IMG/VR virus record: IMGVR_UViG_3300027782_000038
Source of the DNA: a virus
Length of the DNA: 64,000 nucleotides
Reading direction: 5' to 3' (one strand)
The notes beneath the pieces are model-generated. The model had not been told where the DNA came from. It searched no databases and was given only the letters and a program-made list of their open reading frames with translations. This document shows, piece by piece, positions 1-10,140 of this stretch (positions within the stretch are counted from its first letter, which is position 1; the number at the start of each line of letters is the position of its first letter). The position numbers and the translations under genes were made by a program.

Positions 1-635
1 CTAAAGATGTGTATGACAAAAAGGTCAAACGTGTCAGAGATAAAACCACAGGTAAATTGATTATCAAAGAATATCCGACAGCCTCAGCTTCAACTATTCA
101 CTTCAGGACCCTATTGAATGAACTTAATCTCAAAAAGTCTTTTGTGCCTGATATTATCTTTATTGATTATCTCAACATATGTTGTAGCTCTAGAATTAAA
201 GCAGGAGCAAACATTAATTCGTACACTTATGTTAAATCAATCGCTGAAGAATTGCGTGGTCTTGCCGTTGAATTCGGAGTACCAATTGTATCTGCGACAC
301 AAACAACACGATCAGGTTTTAGTTCTTCCGATCCAGGACTTGAAGATACAAGCGAGAGTTTTGGTTTGCCTGCCACCGCCGATTTGATGTTTGCTTTGAT
401 TACTTCAGAAGAATTGGAAGGTCTAAATCAAATCATGGTTAAGCAATTGAAAAATCGTTATGCTGATCCAACATATTACAAAAGGTTTACTGTTGGTATT
501 GATAGATCGAAAATGAGATTGTATGATATTGAACAATCCGGACAATCTGGTATTGCAGATGCAGGCCATACTGGGCCTACAAAACCTAATGCTCCCGGTT
601 CTACAAAAAAATCATTTGATGGATTTAAAGTATGA
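1..635 (+). CDS. 41: DnaB-like replicative helicase (T4 gp41), C-terminal part; 5' end outside window
   Basis: IIKEYPT, IFIDYLNI (Walker B), SATQTTRSG, SESFGLPATAD, KQLKNRY motifs typical of gp41; frame open to the window start. Confidence 0.95.
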   Translation, partial: KDVYDKKVKRVRDKTTGKLIIKEYPTASASTIHFRTLLNELNLKKSFVPDIIFIDYLNICCSSRIKAGANINSYTYVKSIAEELRGLAVEFGVPIVSATQTTRSGFSSSDPGLEDTSESFGLPATADLMFALITSEELEGLNQIMVKQLKNRYADPTYYKRFTVGIDRSKMRLYDIEQSGQSGIADAGHTGPTKPNAPGSTKKSFDGFKV

Positions 636-1741
636 AGTTAACTACCGAACAGGCTTTATATTGTTCTAAAGTGTTTGATGATTACTTCAGTAATATTGGA
701 AGTACTGAAGAATATATGCGTGATGAAAAGTTAAAAAATCTTAGTGATTTACCTTCTACATTATTTCCAATAGAAGATGATTTATTTTCTGATTTTTCTA
801 TGCATCCAAAAGATATGGATATCACCGTAAGTGAAATTCCAAATACTCAATGGCAATCTTTGGTTGCAATTACTTCATCACATATCAATAAGTCTCCAGT
901 TGGTAAGAACCTTCAACTGGCAGTCAAAGAAAAGAATTCGGGAAAGATTCTAGGTTTCATTCGTTTAGGTTCACCATTGATCTATATGAAACCTCGTAAT
1001 GAATTGCTTGGACAGGTCTGGATTCAACAACCTGATACATCCAAACGATTCAATGATGCTACAGTAATGGGTTTTGTTATTGTACCATCACAGCCTTTCG
1101 GTTTCAACTATCTTGGTGGTAAACTTTTGGCCGCCATTTGTACTAGTCACACCGTCAGAGAAATGTGTAATAAAAAATATGGTATGAATGTATGTCTGTT
1201 TGAAACCACTAGTTTGTATGGTACAACAAAATCTGTATCACAGTATGATGGTATGAAACCATTTATAAGATTTGGTGGCCTAACAGAATCAGACATTGTA
1301 CCTATGATGCATGGTGAAAGATATCATTCCTTGAAACAATATGTTGAAGATATTGTTGGAGATTTATTACAAGGTGATACTTCAACCACAAGTAGAAAAT
1401 TGAGAACATTCACTAAGATTATTGCTCTCACTAAGGCTGCATTAAAAGGAACAACCGAAGGTGATAAGTTCCTTTCAACAATTGAAAATGCCAAAGAATT
1501 AACTGAAAGAAAACGTTATTATACATCAGATTATGGTTTTAAAAATACGATAGATTACATGGCTTGTAGGACAGATACTTTAATTCCTGGTGAAAATTAT
1601 CACAAACATGAATTAGGTAATATTGTTGAATGGTGGCGTAATAAAGCTATAAATAGATATGAAACCCTAAAAAATGAGGGTAGATTGAGGACAGAATTAG
1701 AAATCTGGACTTCTGGAAAATATATTCAAATTATTAGGTAA
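632..1741 (+). CDS. DUF4338 (DruA/Mom-related) family protein
   Basis: VPSQPFGFNYLGGKLLAAIC and ETTSLYG..SQYDG motifs; ATGA overlap with the helicase stop. Confidence 0.7.
   Translation: MKLTTEQALYCSKVFDDYFSNIGSTEEYMRDEKLKNLSDLPSTLFPIEDDLFSDFSMHPKDMDITVSEIPNTQWQSLVAITSSHINKSPVGKNLQLAVKEKNSGKILGFIRLGSPLIYMKPRNELLGQVWIQQPDTSKRFNDATVMGFVIVPSQPFGFNYLGGKLLAAICTSHTVREMCNKKYGMNVCLFETTSLYGTTKSVSQYDGMKPFIRFGGLTESDIVPMMHGERYHSLKQYVEDIVGDLLQGDTSTTSRKLRTFTKIIALTKAALKGTTEGDKFLSTIENAKELTERKRYYTSDYGFKNTIDYMACRTDTLIPGENYHKHELGNIVEWWRNKAINRYETLKNEGRLRTELEIWTSGKYIQIIR
1648..1655 (+). promoter_or_regulatory. T4-type late promoter upstream of the glycosyltransferase cluster
   Basis: Exact TATAAATA about 90 nt before ORF 1746; chance occurrence in AT-rich DNA is possible. 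Confidence 0.55.
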
Positions 1742-1745
1742 TATT

Positions 1746-2462
1746 ATGACTGCGACTGTGATTATACCAACAACTGGTGCAACTGAAGTTAGAAGTGCTA
1801 TAGAATCCGTATTAAATCAAACATACGACACAATTTGTTATGTTGTATGTGATGGTAACAAATTCAAAAGCAAAACAAAGGTAATCCTTGATGATTATCT
1901 TGGTAACAAAAATTTAAGAGTTTGTTACCTTCCGGAAAATGTAGGTGCAAATGGTTTCTATGGACACCGTGTATATGCATCATTCACACATTTAGTAAAT
2001 ACAGAATATGTGATGTACCTAGACCAAGACAATTGGTTGGAAAAAACTCATGTTCAATCCTGTATAGATACAATCATTGATAAAAAACTCCAATGGTGTC
2101 ACTCCCTCAGAAACATTTACGACAAACAATCTAACTTTGTATGTGAAGATAATTGCGAATCACTTGGTAAGTGGATGGCATGGACGAATACATATCATAT
2201 AGATACTAATACATATTTCTTAAAAAGAGAAATTGCAATTAAATTAGCAAGTGCATGGCATGGTGGTTGGGGACAAGATAGAGTATTTTTACAAGTAATC
2301 AATCAGTATTTTCCACAAACATATAGTTGTACTGGTGAATATACGGTGAATTATCGTGTTGATGGTGGTGAAGGATCAGTTAATAAAGAGTTCTTCATCA
2401 AAGGTAATGAATTTATGATTGACAAATATAATGGAGAATTTCCTTGGAAGAAAAAGATTTAG
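1746..2462 (+). CDS. Glycosyltransferase family 2
   Basis: TVIIPT...AIESVLNQTY...VVCDG and YLDQD (DxD) motif. Confidence 0.9.
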   Translation: MTATVIIPTTGATEVRSAIESVLNQTYDTICYVVCDGNKFKSKTKVILDDYLGNKNLRVCYLPENVGANGFYGHRVYASFTHLVNTEYVMYLDQDNWLEKTHVQSCIDTIIDKKLQWCHSLRNIYDKQSNFVCEDNCESLGKWMAWTNTYHIDTNTYFLKREIAIKLASAWHGGWGQDRVFLQVINQYFPQTYSCTGEYTVNYRVDGGEGSVNKEFFIKGNEFMIDKYNGEFPWKKKI

Positions 2463-3316
2463 TAATTGGTTTCATTACAGATTATACAGACTACGGTAAA
2501 ATAAAACCATATGTGAATTCACTGAATCGTTGTGGATTTACTGGTGATAAGATCATGGTAGTTTACAATATTGGTTACGATATCGTCAACCAACTACAAC
2601 AAGATGGATTTACAGTTATTGGTTTCGAACGTGATGAAATCAATAATAGATTTGTATACAAACAAAAATTTAATGTTGTTGTAAGTAGATTCTTCCATAT
2701 TTGGTTTCTACTCAAAGAAATGGAAAAGAAATATCGTTACGTCATATCTGTTGATGTGGCTGATGTTATATTTCAGAAAAACCCTTCAGCCTGGCTTGCA
2801 GAAAACATGAATGGTAAAAAACTTTGTGTTGGTGCTGAGAATCTGAAATATAAAGATGAGTCTTGGGGTATCCACAATATGTACCAATCTTTTGGTGATA
2901 TTGCTGCCATCTATATGCAAGATAAACCAATCTATAATGCTGGTACAGTTGCCGGAGAGTTTGACACCTTCTTAGACTTCTGTTATAATATATTCTTATT
3001 GTGTCAAGGTGCACCTATGGATGTTCCTGGCGGTGGAGGTCCTGACCAAGCTGCATTGAATATATTGTTATCATTAGAACCATATAAATCAATTACCAAA
3101 TTTAATACACATGAAGATGATTGGGCTTGTCAATGTGGTACTACTGTTGATCCAAACAAGATTAATAGTTTCAGACCAAACTTCTTAGTCAAAACCGAAC
3201 CTGTTTGGCGTGATAACGATAGTGTGTATAATAATAAAGATGATAAGTATGTTTTGGTTCATCAATATAATCGTGTTCCGGAATGGAATGAAAAATTAAG
3301 GAAGAAATATGAGTGA
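2444..3316 (+). CDS. Putative GT-A fold glycosyltransferase
   Basis: VDVADVIFQKNP (DxxD), YNAG, DQAALN, VHQYNR motifs; cluster context. Confidence 0.65.
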   Translation: MEEKDLVIGFITDYTDYGKIKPYVNSLNRCGFTGDKIMVVYNIGYDIVNQLQQDGFTVIGFERDEINNRFVYKQKFNVVVSRFFHIWFLLKEMEKKYRYVISVDVADVIFQKNPSAWLAENMNGKKLCVGAENLKYKDESWGIHNMYQSFGDIAAIYMQDKPIYNAGTVAGEFDTFLDFCYNIFLLCQGAPMDVPGGGGPDQAALNILLSLEPYKSITKFNTHEDDWACQCGTTVDPNKINSFRPNFLVKTEPVWRDNDSVYNNKDDKYVLVHQYNRVPEWNEKLRKKYE

Positions 3317-3953
3317 TGTGATTACATATAATACTGAAACAAATCAATACACTAAACAGGAAGCGCACGTTGATCCATGGGAACATCTAGATGTTGATGG
3401 TTGGGTACAGAAACAAGTTGAGTGGGGTGAAGCAAACCCTTCAGGTCGTGGATTGATTCCTTATCTACAGAAGTTGGGTACTGATCTTGTTGGTGCAGAG
3501 ATTGGTGTTTGTCTTGGTGTTACCGCAGAATTAATTCTAAAAGATAAAGACACAAACATTAAAACATACTATGCTGTGGATAATTATCCAACATATATTG
3601 ATTGGAATGATTTACCAATTACAACAGAACGCCAAGAAAGAATTAAATTAAACGCATATAATCGTTTATTCCCGCATGGAGAAGTTGCATTTGTTTACGA
3701 AGATAGTAAAACATTTGCTGAATCTATTGGTGATGAATCATTGGATTTTATCTTCATTGATGCTGATCACACATACGAAGGTGCTTTGCGTGACTTCAAA
3801 CAGTTTTGGCCTAAAGTAAAGAAAGGTGGTATTTTTTCCGGTCATGATTTGAATATACCAACAGTCAATAAAGCAATTCGTGAATTCTTTGGTGAAAAGG
3901 CAAGTAAAATTATTCCTCTAATTGATAACGCTTGGTTATATTATAAGGATTAA
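3309..3953 (+). CDS. Class I SAM-dependent methyltransferase (Methyltransf_24-like)
   Basis: GAEIGV, DFIFIDADHTYE, KKGGIFSGHD. Confidence 0.85.
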   Translation: MSDVITYNTETNQYTKQEAHVDPWEHLDVDGWVQKQVEWGEANPSGRGLIPYLQKLGTDLVGAEIGVCLGVTAELILKDKDTNIKTYYAVDNYPTYIDWNDLPITTERQERIKLNAYNRLFPHGEVAFVYEDSKTFAESIGDESLDFIFIDADHTYEGALRDFKQFWPKVKKGGIFSGHDLNIPTVNKAIREFFGEKASKIIPLIDNAWLYYKD

Positions 3954-3954
3954 T

Positions 3955-4509
3955 ATGTACTGTTCACAATTGGGTCAGGACAAATTAGTAGATGATTACT
4001 TAAAAGAAAAAAGAGATGTATATTTTCTAGATATTGGTTGTTGTCATTGGGACTATATGAGCAATACCTGTTTCTTTGAGAAGGTAAGAAATTGGAAAGG
4101 TATTGGTGTTGATTTGATGGAAAAGTATGCCGGTGAGTGGGAACAACATAGACCAAATAGTATATTTCATTTAGGCAATGCAGTTGAAGTTGATTATCAG
4201 AAATTATTAGATGATAATAATGCACCTATGGTTATTGATTATTTAACCATTGATGTTGATCCACCAACAACACTATCACTTGAAGCCTTATATGCAGTTT
4301 TTAAATCCAATCGTAAATTTAATGTGATCACTTTTGAAACTGATTATGGTGGTGATGTTGAATGTAACTTCACAAGACCTGGCACCTGTGATGCATCTAG
4401 GGAGTTTTTGATAGATAGGGGTTATAAATTAATCTCTGAAATATATACTAGAAATGATACTTATCATGTAGATGATTTTTGGGTTCATAATTCAATTATT
4501 GAGATATAA
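3955..4509 (+). CDS. FkbM-like methyltransferase
   Basis: SQLGQD, FLDIG, SNT, WKGIGVD, IDYLTIDVD; ATG at 3955 follows AAGGA. Confidence 0.75.
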   Translation: MYCSQLGQDKLVDDYLKEKRDVYFLDIGCCHWDYMSNTCFFEKVRNWKGIGVDLMEKYAGEWEQHRPNSIFHLGNAVEVDYQKLLDDNNAPMVIDYLTIDVDPPTTLSLEALYAVFKSNRKFNVITFETDYGGDVECNFTRPGTCDASREFLIDRGYKLISEIYTRNDTYHVDDFWVHNSIIEI

Positions 4510-4510
4510 A

Positions 4511-5506
4511 ATGAAAAAATATAAAAAGATTATTGTTTGGGGTGCAAAGCAAGATACTGGTCACACTCACGCTTTCATTCATGGTGCTATTGTTCGTGCT
4601 GCAAAAGCAATGGGCATTGAAACTTATTGGTTAGACAATCGTGATAATGTGACTGAAGAATTTTTTAATGATGCTATCATCATTACAGAACAATGGTTAG
4701 CATTTTATAATGGTTATAGTAATAATTTACCATTAAATAAAACTTCTTGTTATCTTGTGCATTATCTCGGAAATAAAGGTAATGTTGAGGGAAATCCTGG
4801 TGCAGAAATGTATCTAGGTAAAGTTGGTAAGTTGATTGATTTTAGATTTACTGCCGAACATGGTTGGGGTGTGAATGGTGAAATTGATAAGAATTATGCT
4901 TACATTTTCGACAAGAAAAATTACGAAGCATTTAATGATGTTTCTTATTATGAGGCAAATAGTTTTGATTATGATCGTTTCTATTCTATTTGGGCAACAG
5001 ACTTGTTACCTGAAGAAATAAATTTCGATCATAGATTTACTCCACAACAACGTAGAGCTTTCTTCTGTGGTACTATACGTCAAGATAATGCACCTGTGTT
5101 TGAGAATTTTGTTAAGAAATGTGAACAACATCAAATTCCATTTCTATACAGTACACCGTTCCAAAATCCGTTGTCTACAGAGGATGTTAGGAAAGCAGTT
5201 GTAGAATCATTGTTGCCCTTGGATTGCAGACCAGCAAATCATTTAGCAAATGGATACATTGCTTGTCGTACAATCAAGAACGTAAGTTACGGTGCTTTGG
5301 GTATGACTAACTCAAAATCAATTTATGATTTCTTTGAAGGTGAGATTGCATACGCTGCGGATTCAGGTGATTTATTCGATGTTGCAATGGAAATGCAGAA
5401 CGACCAAAAGACCAAAGATTTGATTTTGAATCAGATGAAACGAATTAAAGAACAACATACATACATTAACAGAGTGAACGATATTATTAAGGCGGCGGAG
5501 ATTTGA
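4511..5506 (+). CDS. Putative glycosyltransferase (GT-B-like)
   Basis: HTH.FIH N-terminus, GYIACRTIKNVSYG, C-terminal HTYINR; cluster context. Confidence 0.5.
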   Translation: MKKYKKIIVWGAKQDTGHTHAFIHGAIVRAAKAMGIETYWLDNRDNVTEEFFNDAIIITEQWLAFYNGYSNNLPLNKTSCYLVHYLGNKGNVEGNPGAEMYLGKVGKLIDFRFTAEHGWGVNGEIDKNYAYIFDKKNYEAFNDVSYYEANSFDYDRFYSIWATDLLPEEINFDHRFTPQQRRAFFCGTIRQDNAPVFENFVKKCEQHQIPFLYSTPFQNPLSTEDVRKAVVESLLPLDCRPANHLANGYIACRTIKNVSYGALGMTNSKSIYDFFEGEIAYAADSGDLFDVAMEMQNDQKTKDLILNQMKRIKEQHTYINRVNDIIKAAEI

Positions 5507-5507
5507 T

Positions 5508-6371
5508 ATGAAAATTTTGATTACAGGTCATATGGGTTTTGTTGGTAAATACTTCATGCGTAAGTACAAAGACCATGACATTACAGGTATTGATATTAAA
5601 GAAGGTAATGATTGTCGTGATTTCTTTAAGACTGATGATAACCACTACGACATGATTATTCATTTGGCTGCTATCGTTGGTGGTCGTGAAACAATTGAAA
5701 ATAATCCATTATCAGTAGCAACAGATTTAGCAATTGATTCTGATATGATGCAATGGGCATTGAGAACAAAACCAAAACGAGTTATTTATTTTTCATCTTC
5801 TGCTGCATATCCGATTCATATACAAGAACATGGCGGCTTTAGATTACGTGAATCAGACATTAAATTAAATGATATTAGAAATCCTGATTTAACATATGGT
5901 TGGGCTAAATTGACAGGTGAGTATTGCTTACAATTCCTACAAGAAAAAGGAATTCGTGTTCATGTATTCAGACCATTTAGTGGCTATGGTACAGACCAAG
6001 ACTTGTCATATCCATTCCCATCATTCATCAAACGAGCAAATGATTTAATGAACCCATTTGATATTTGGGGTGATGGCAATCAAGTTCGTGATTTCATTCA
6101 TATGCAAGATATTGTGGATGCTGTTGATGAGGCAATCAAGCAAGATATTCAAGGACCTGTAAATCTTGGTTCTGGTAATGCAACATCATTCAATAAATTG
6201 AAAGAAATTGTTTGTGGTATTCGAGGATATAATCCAGAAGTTAATCACATCGAAACAGCACCAGTTGGTGTGATGTATCGTGTTGCATATCCAAATAAAA
6301 TGTTATCTTTTTATAAACCAAAAATTAATTTGTATGATGGAATTTCTCGTGCATTGAGGGGTGAAATTTAA
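5508..6371 (+). CDS. NAD-dependent nucleotide-sugar epimerase/dehydratase
   Basis: ILITGHMGFVG Rossmann motif, HLAA, SSSAAY, YGWAK (YxxxK), WGDGNQVRDFIH. Confidence 0.92.
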   Translation: MKILITGHMGFVGKYFMRKYKDHDITGIDIKEGNDCRDFFKTDDNHYDMIIHLAAIVGGRETIENNPLSVATDLAIDSDMMQWALRTKPKRVIYFSSSAAYPIHIQEHGGFRLRESDIKLNDIRNPDLTYGWAKLTGEYCLQFLQEKGIRVHVFRPFSGYGTDQDLSYPFPSFIKRANDLMNPFDIWGDGNQVRDFIHMQDIVDAVDEAIKQDIQGPVNLGSGNATSFNKLKEIVCGIRGYNPEVNHIETAPVGVMYRVAYPNKMLSFYKPKINLYDGISRALRGEI

Positions 6372-6976
6372 TGGAATTCATTTATAATACAGCTAATGCG
6401 TCCATTGTAAAGAAATCCCAGAATAAAATAATTGACATTGGTTCTGGTCCACATCCAAAACCTGATGCAGATGTTCTTATGGACATTCACCAATGGGGTA
6501 ATGTAAATTGTTTACATAATCTAATGGACACTCCTTATCCATTTGAAGATAATACTTTTGAGAAAGCATACATGGGTGATGTAGTCGAACACATTTCCAT
6601 TTTTGATATTAATAGAGTATTAACCGAAGTCTGTCGTATACTAAAACCTGGTGCAACACTAGAAGTTACTGTACCTGATATGGACTGGATTATAGAAAGA
6701 CTTTATAAAAAAGATTGGAATCACCATGCTAATGTTGATTGGTTGAACCCAACAGATGATCCATGGAAAAATGCTTTATCTTATTTGTTCGGTGGGTTTC
6801 ATAATAAAGATGAATACAAACTAGAAGGAATGGGACACCTTAACGCATTTAATCAAAAATCACTCAAAGAATTATTAGAAAATAATGGATTTATTGATTG
6901 TGACCGTCATCCTGATATGAGAAATCCTGAACCTGCTAGAATGTCAGTTCTTAAAATGGTATGCAAGAAAGCATGA
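6371..6976 (+). CDS. SAM-dependent methyltransferase (type 11)
   Basis: IDIGSG, PFEDNTF, VVEH, RILKPGA. Confidence 0.85.
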   Translation: MEFIYNTANASIVKKSQNKIIDIGSGPHPKPDADVLMDIHQWGNVNCLHNLMDTPYPFEDNTFEKAYMGDVVEHISIFDINRVLTEVCRILKPGATLEVTVPDMDWIIERLYKKDWNHHANVDWLNPTDDPWKNALSYLFGGFHNKDEYKLEGMGHLNAFNQKSLKELLENNGFIDCDRHPDMRNPEPARMSVLKMVCKKA

Positions 6977-7935
6977 AAATATTATTTGTAGTACATCGTT
7001 ATGCACCTTATCCTGGTGGCTCAGAATATAATGTTCAAAGAACAGCTGAAGAATGTGTTCGCCGTGGCATTGAAGTCACTGTTGTTGCCGGTGAACATAA
7101 AGGAGATTTAAATGGAGTTACTGTTACTTCTGGTGTTAATCCTGATGACTTTGACCTTATTGTAATACATGGTGGTGATGTTTCTGTTCAGAATCTATTT
7201 CTACAGAATATTAACAATTTCAAGGCACCAGTCCTTTATTGGTTAATCAAGCCATCAGAAAGTCCAATCTGTTTGCAAGCATTAAAAGACGCAAAATATA
7301 TTGGCTGTTCTACAGAAGAAGATTGGGAACACGTTGAGAAATGGGGTGTTAAAGATAAGTCATATAAGATTGCATACGGTATCAAAGAAGAAGATGCTGG
7401 TACAGTTGGAATATTCAAGAAAAAGTATGGTATTGCTGATGATGTAAAAATGTTCTTATCTTGTGGCGGTTATTGGCCTAATAAGAGAATGAAAGAATTG
7501 GCATCAGCATTTAAAGAAGCAAATCTTGAAAATGCAGTTCTTGTAACAACAGGTTATGACAATCGACACGATTTAATGCCAGAAGCCTCACATAATGTTA
7601 TTCCTTTGATGATTGAAGATCCATCGGAAATCAAAGATGCCATGGCCGATGCATATTGTTATATTATGAATTCTGATGCAGAGGGTTTTGGGCTTGTTTT
7701 ATTGGAATCCATGTTAAATTGTACACCTTGGATTTCTCGTAATATTGCTGGTGCAAAATTGATGAGTGATTATGGTTGTGTGTATGATACTGAAGAAGAT
7801 TTGACTCTTATTCTTAAACTTTGGCAAGAAGATGGATGGGGTCTTACCCGAACTGATGCGGCATATGATTTTGTTACTGAAAATAACTTAATTAAAAATA
7901 CGGTAGATGATATACTTAAAATAATAAATATATAA
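6973..7935 (+). CDS. Glycosyltransferase family 4 (GT-B)
   Basis: MKILFV..Y.PYPGGSE, EGFGLVLLESM (EX7E). Confidence 0.88.
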   Translation: MKILFVVHRYAPYPGGSEYNVQRTAEECVRRGIEVTVVAGEHKGDLNGVTVTSGVNPDDFDLIVIHGGDVSVQNLFLQNINNFKAPVLYWLIKPSESPICLQALKDAKYIGCSTEEDWEHVEKWGVKDKSYKIAYGIKEEDAGTVGIFKKKYGIADDVKMFLSCGGYWPNKRMKELASAFKEANLENAVLVTTGYDNRHDLMPEASHNVIPLMIEDPSEIKDAMADAYCYIMNSDAEGFGLVLLESMLNCTPWISRNIAGAKLMSDYGCVYDTEEDLTLILKLWQEDGWGLTRTDAAYDFVTENNLIKNTVDDILKIINI

Positions 7936-7938
7936 ATA
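7931..7938 (+). promoter_or_regulatory. T4-type late promoter
   Basis: TATAAATA directly upstream of the internal-head-protein cluster. Confidence 0.75.
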
Positions 7939-7996
7939 AGTCAAACATCCGTTTTCTTAAAGCAACCATAGTGTGTTGCAAGTCTGAAAGGAAATC

Positions 7997-8446
7997 ATGA
8001 AATCATTTATAACTTTTCTAAAAGAATCTACCGAAGGTGAGGAAGGTGCCAAACTAAAGCATATTCACCATGCGGAAGATCGTCCTCTCATGCACGGTGC
8101 TGCTGGTTTTGAACACGCTCATGCCGCTTTAATGAAAGCTCACGAACATATCAAACGTGGTGAACATCATTCTGGTCTTACCATGAAATATGATGGTTCA
8201 CCTTCTATTGTTTTTGGTCATCACCCAACTACTGGTAAGTTTTTTGTTGCATCTAAGTCAGCATTTAACAAAACACCAAAAATCAACTATACACACAAAG
8301 ATATCGAAAAAAATCATGGTCATGCACCAGGATTGGTCAGTAAACTGAAGGATTCTTTAGATCATTTACCTAAAGTTGCACCAAAGAAAGGTGTGTATCA
8401 AGGTGATGTAATGTTCTCACATGGAGATGTTCATAGTCATGAGTAA
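7997..8446 (+). CDS. DUF6267-like, ligase-type nucleotidyltransferase, N-terminal half; His-rich
   Basis: MKYDGSP (KxDG motif I), YQGD; CTS-like N-terminus MKSFITFLKE. Confidence 0.65.
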   Translation: MKSFITFLKESTEGEEGAKLKHIHHAEDRPLMHGAAGFEHAHAALMKAHEHIKRGEHHSGLTMKYDGSPSIVFGHHPTTGKFFVASKSAFNKTPKINYTHKDIEKNHGHAPGLVSKLKDSLDHLPKVAPKKGVYQGDVMFSHGDVHSHE

Positions 8447-9176
8447 AGTATCTTTCACCCCAAATACCATCACTTATACGGCTAAGGGTCCTGAAGCCGA
8501 TAAGATCAAACGTGCTAAAGTTGGTGTTGTTGTACATACACAATATCACGGAAAAGACCTTGATTCAATGAGAGCTGATCCACATCCGGATACAGAAAAA
8601 TTTAAACAACATCCGGATGTTTGGCATAAATCAGCAGAACATGATACTAGTAAAGTTCATTATGCTAAAAAGGCACAAGATACATTTCAACATCATATGG
8701 ATGCAGCAAAAGACATTCACGAAAAGCACGGCCATGAAATGTATGCTGCTACAGAAAGACACCAAGGTGATGCAGGTCATTTGTCAACATATATAAATCA
8801 CACAGTTCGTACAGGTGAAAAACCTACGGCTGCTGGTTTACAAAAACATATCATGGGTAAACATATCCGTGAAGCTGAAAAAGTTAAGACTGATGCATCA
8901 AAAGAAAAGAAATTGACTGCTGGTAAAGAACACGTTGAACATATTGAACAAAATAAAAAACATTACAATAATTTGTTGAATATGCACGGACATTTACAGA
9001 AAGCAAAAGATGTTCTAGTTCACACACTCAACCAACATGAAGGTGGTTTAGAACATGATATTAGTGGTAAAAAAACACAACCTGAAGGTTTTGTTGTACA
9101 CCATGATAATGAACCAACCAAACTAGTAAATCGTAAAGAATTTGCAAGAGCTAACTTATTAAAGGTGCGTAAATGA
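8439..9176 (+). CDS. DUF6267-like protein, C-terminal half (split or frameshifted gene); His-rich
   Basis: FTPNTITY, PEGFVV (motif IV-like), TKLVNRKEF (motif V-like); ATGAGTAA overlap with the upstream ORF. Confidence 0.65.
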   Translation: MSKVSFTPNTITYTAKGPEADKIKRAKVGVVVHTQYHGKDLDSMRADPHPDTEKFKQHPDVWHKSAEHDTSKVHYAKKAQDTFQHHMDAAKDIHEKHGHEMYAATERHQGDAGHLSTYINHTVRTGEKPTAAGLQKHIMGKHIREAEKVKTDASKEKKLTAGKEHVEHIEQNKKHYNNLLNMHGHLQKAKDVLVHTLNQHEGGLEHDISGKKTQPEGFVVHHDNEPTKLVNRKEFARANLLKVRK

Positions 9177-10135
9177 TAACATTTAAATCATATCTGTTAG
9201 AAGGTCGGGGTATACTAACTGCTTCAGGTGTTACTGGTGAAGATCATAAAAAAAGATATATTGATCCTCATGTAGGTTCAAAAACACCCACTCACGTTTT
9301 AGCAAAAGAACATGATGATATTCCAGCAGGTTCGGCCGTAAAAATTCATAAAGTCGAACATATAAATGGTAAAATACACGTTCATGCTGAAGATGAGACT
9401 GGAAATCATCATGTAATTCCTATTTCTAAATTACATAAACCTGGTGATCAACCTAAAAATAAAGGTCATGAATACGAATCTAAATTTGTTGAAAGATTGA
9501 AAAAACATAAAATTATGCCTAAACATTTATCTGGAGCTGGTTCAACTAGCGGCACTGATTTTTCTGTTCATAATAAGAAAAAAGGAACTTTTACTACAGG
9601 TACAGTTTCCGGTCACTTATTGAATGGTGAAACTAAAAATGGCACTACTGCCGCAATGGGACAATTAACAATACATCATGACAGTGAAAAAGGTTGGCAT
9701 ATTAAAGATTCTCAAAGAGCTAAACGTCCAGAATATGCAAAACATATTGAGAAATCTGGTATATTGAAACACATGAATAAACACGAACCTGAACCTGAGA
9801 AATCTGAAACTACAGCTAGTGGTCGTACAAAGTCAATTGAAATTAAACATCCAAATTTACATCCAGCTGAAGCTTATTTAAAAGATCATCATGTCCATGT
9901 GTTACAAGTAGGTGGCCACGGAACTTATAAAGTTGGTGAAAAAGATGAAACTGGTCACGGTTTACCATCAATTTCAGGTAAAGGTAAGTGGAGAATCAGA
10001 GAAAAACAAAAGGGCAATAAGAGTGCTAGAACTGTGGCTTTCCATCCCGATGGTGTTAAAGGTTTAAATAAGAGTCATGTTGATTTAGATAAAGATGAAG
10101 ATTTACATAAATTTAAAAAGACATTAGGACATTAA
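9173..10135 (+). CDS. His-rich putative internal head protein with possible PD-(D/E)xK nuclease fold
   Basis: MITFKSYLLE start; GHEYE...GTDF...NGETK spacing resembles the restriction-endonuclease motif. Confidence 0.45.
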   Translation: MITFKSYLLEGRGILTASGVTGEDHKKRYIDPHVGSKTPTHVLAKEHDDIPAGSAVKIHKVEHINGKIHVHAEDETGNHHVIPISKLHKPGDQPKNKGHEYESKFVERLKKHKIMPKHLSGAGSTSGTDFSVHNKKKGTFTTGTVSGHLLNGETKNGTTAAMGQLTIHHDSEKGWHIKDSQRAKRPEYAKHIEKSGILKHMNKHEPEPEKSETTASGRTKSIEIKHPNLHPAEAYLKDHHVHVLQVGGHGTYKVGEKDETGHGLPSISGKGKWRIREKQKGNKSARTVAFHPDGVKGLNKSHVDLDKDEDLHKFKKTLGH

Positions 10136-10140
10136 AATTA

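Noticed and set aside
632-1741. Complete Druantia defence system
   Set aside because: Only the DUF4338-like gene is present; no DruE-like helicase or other partners
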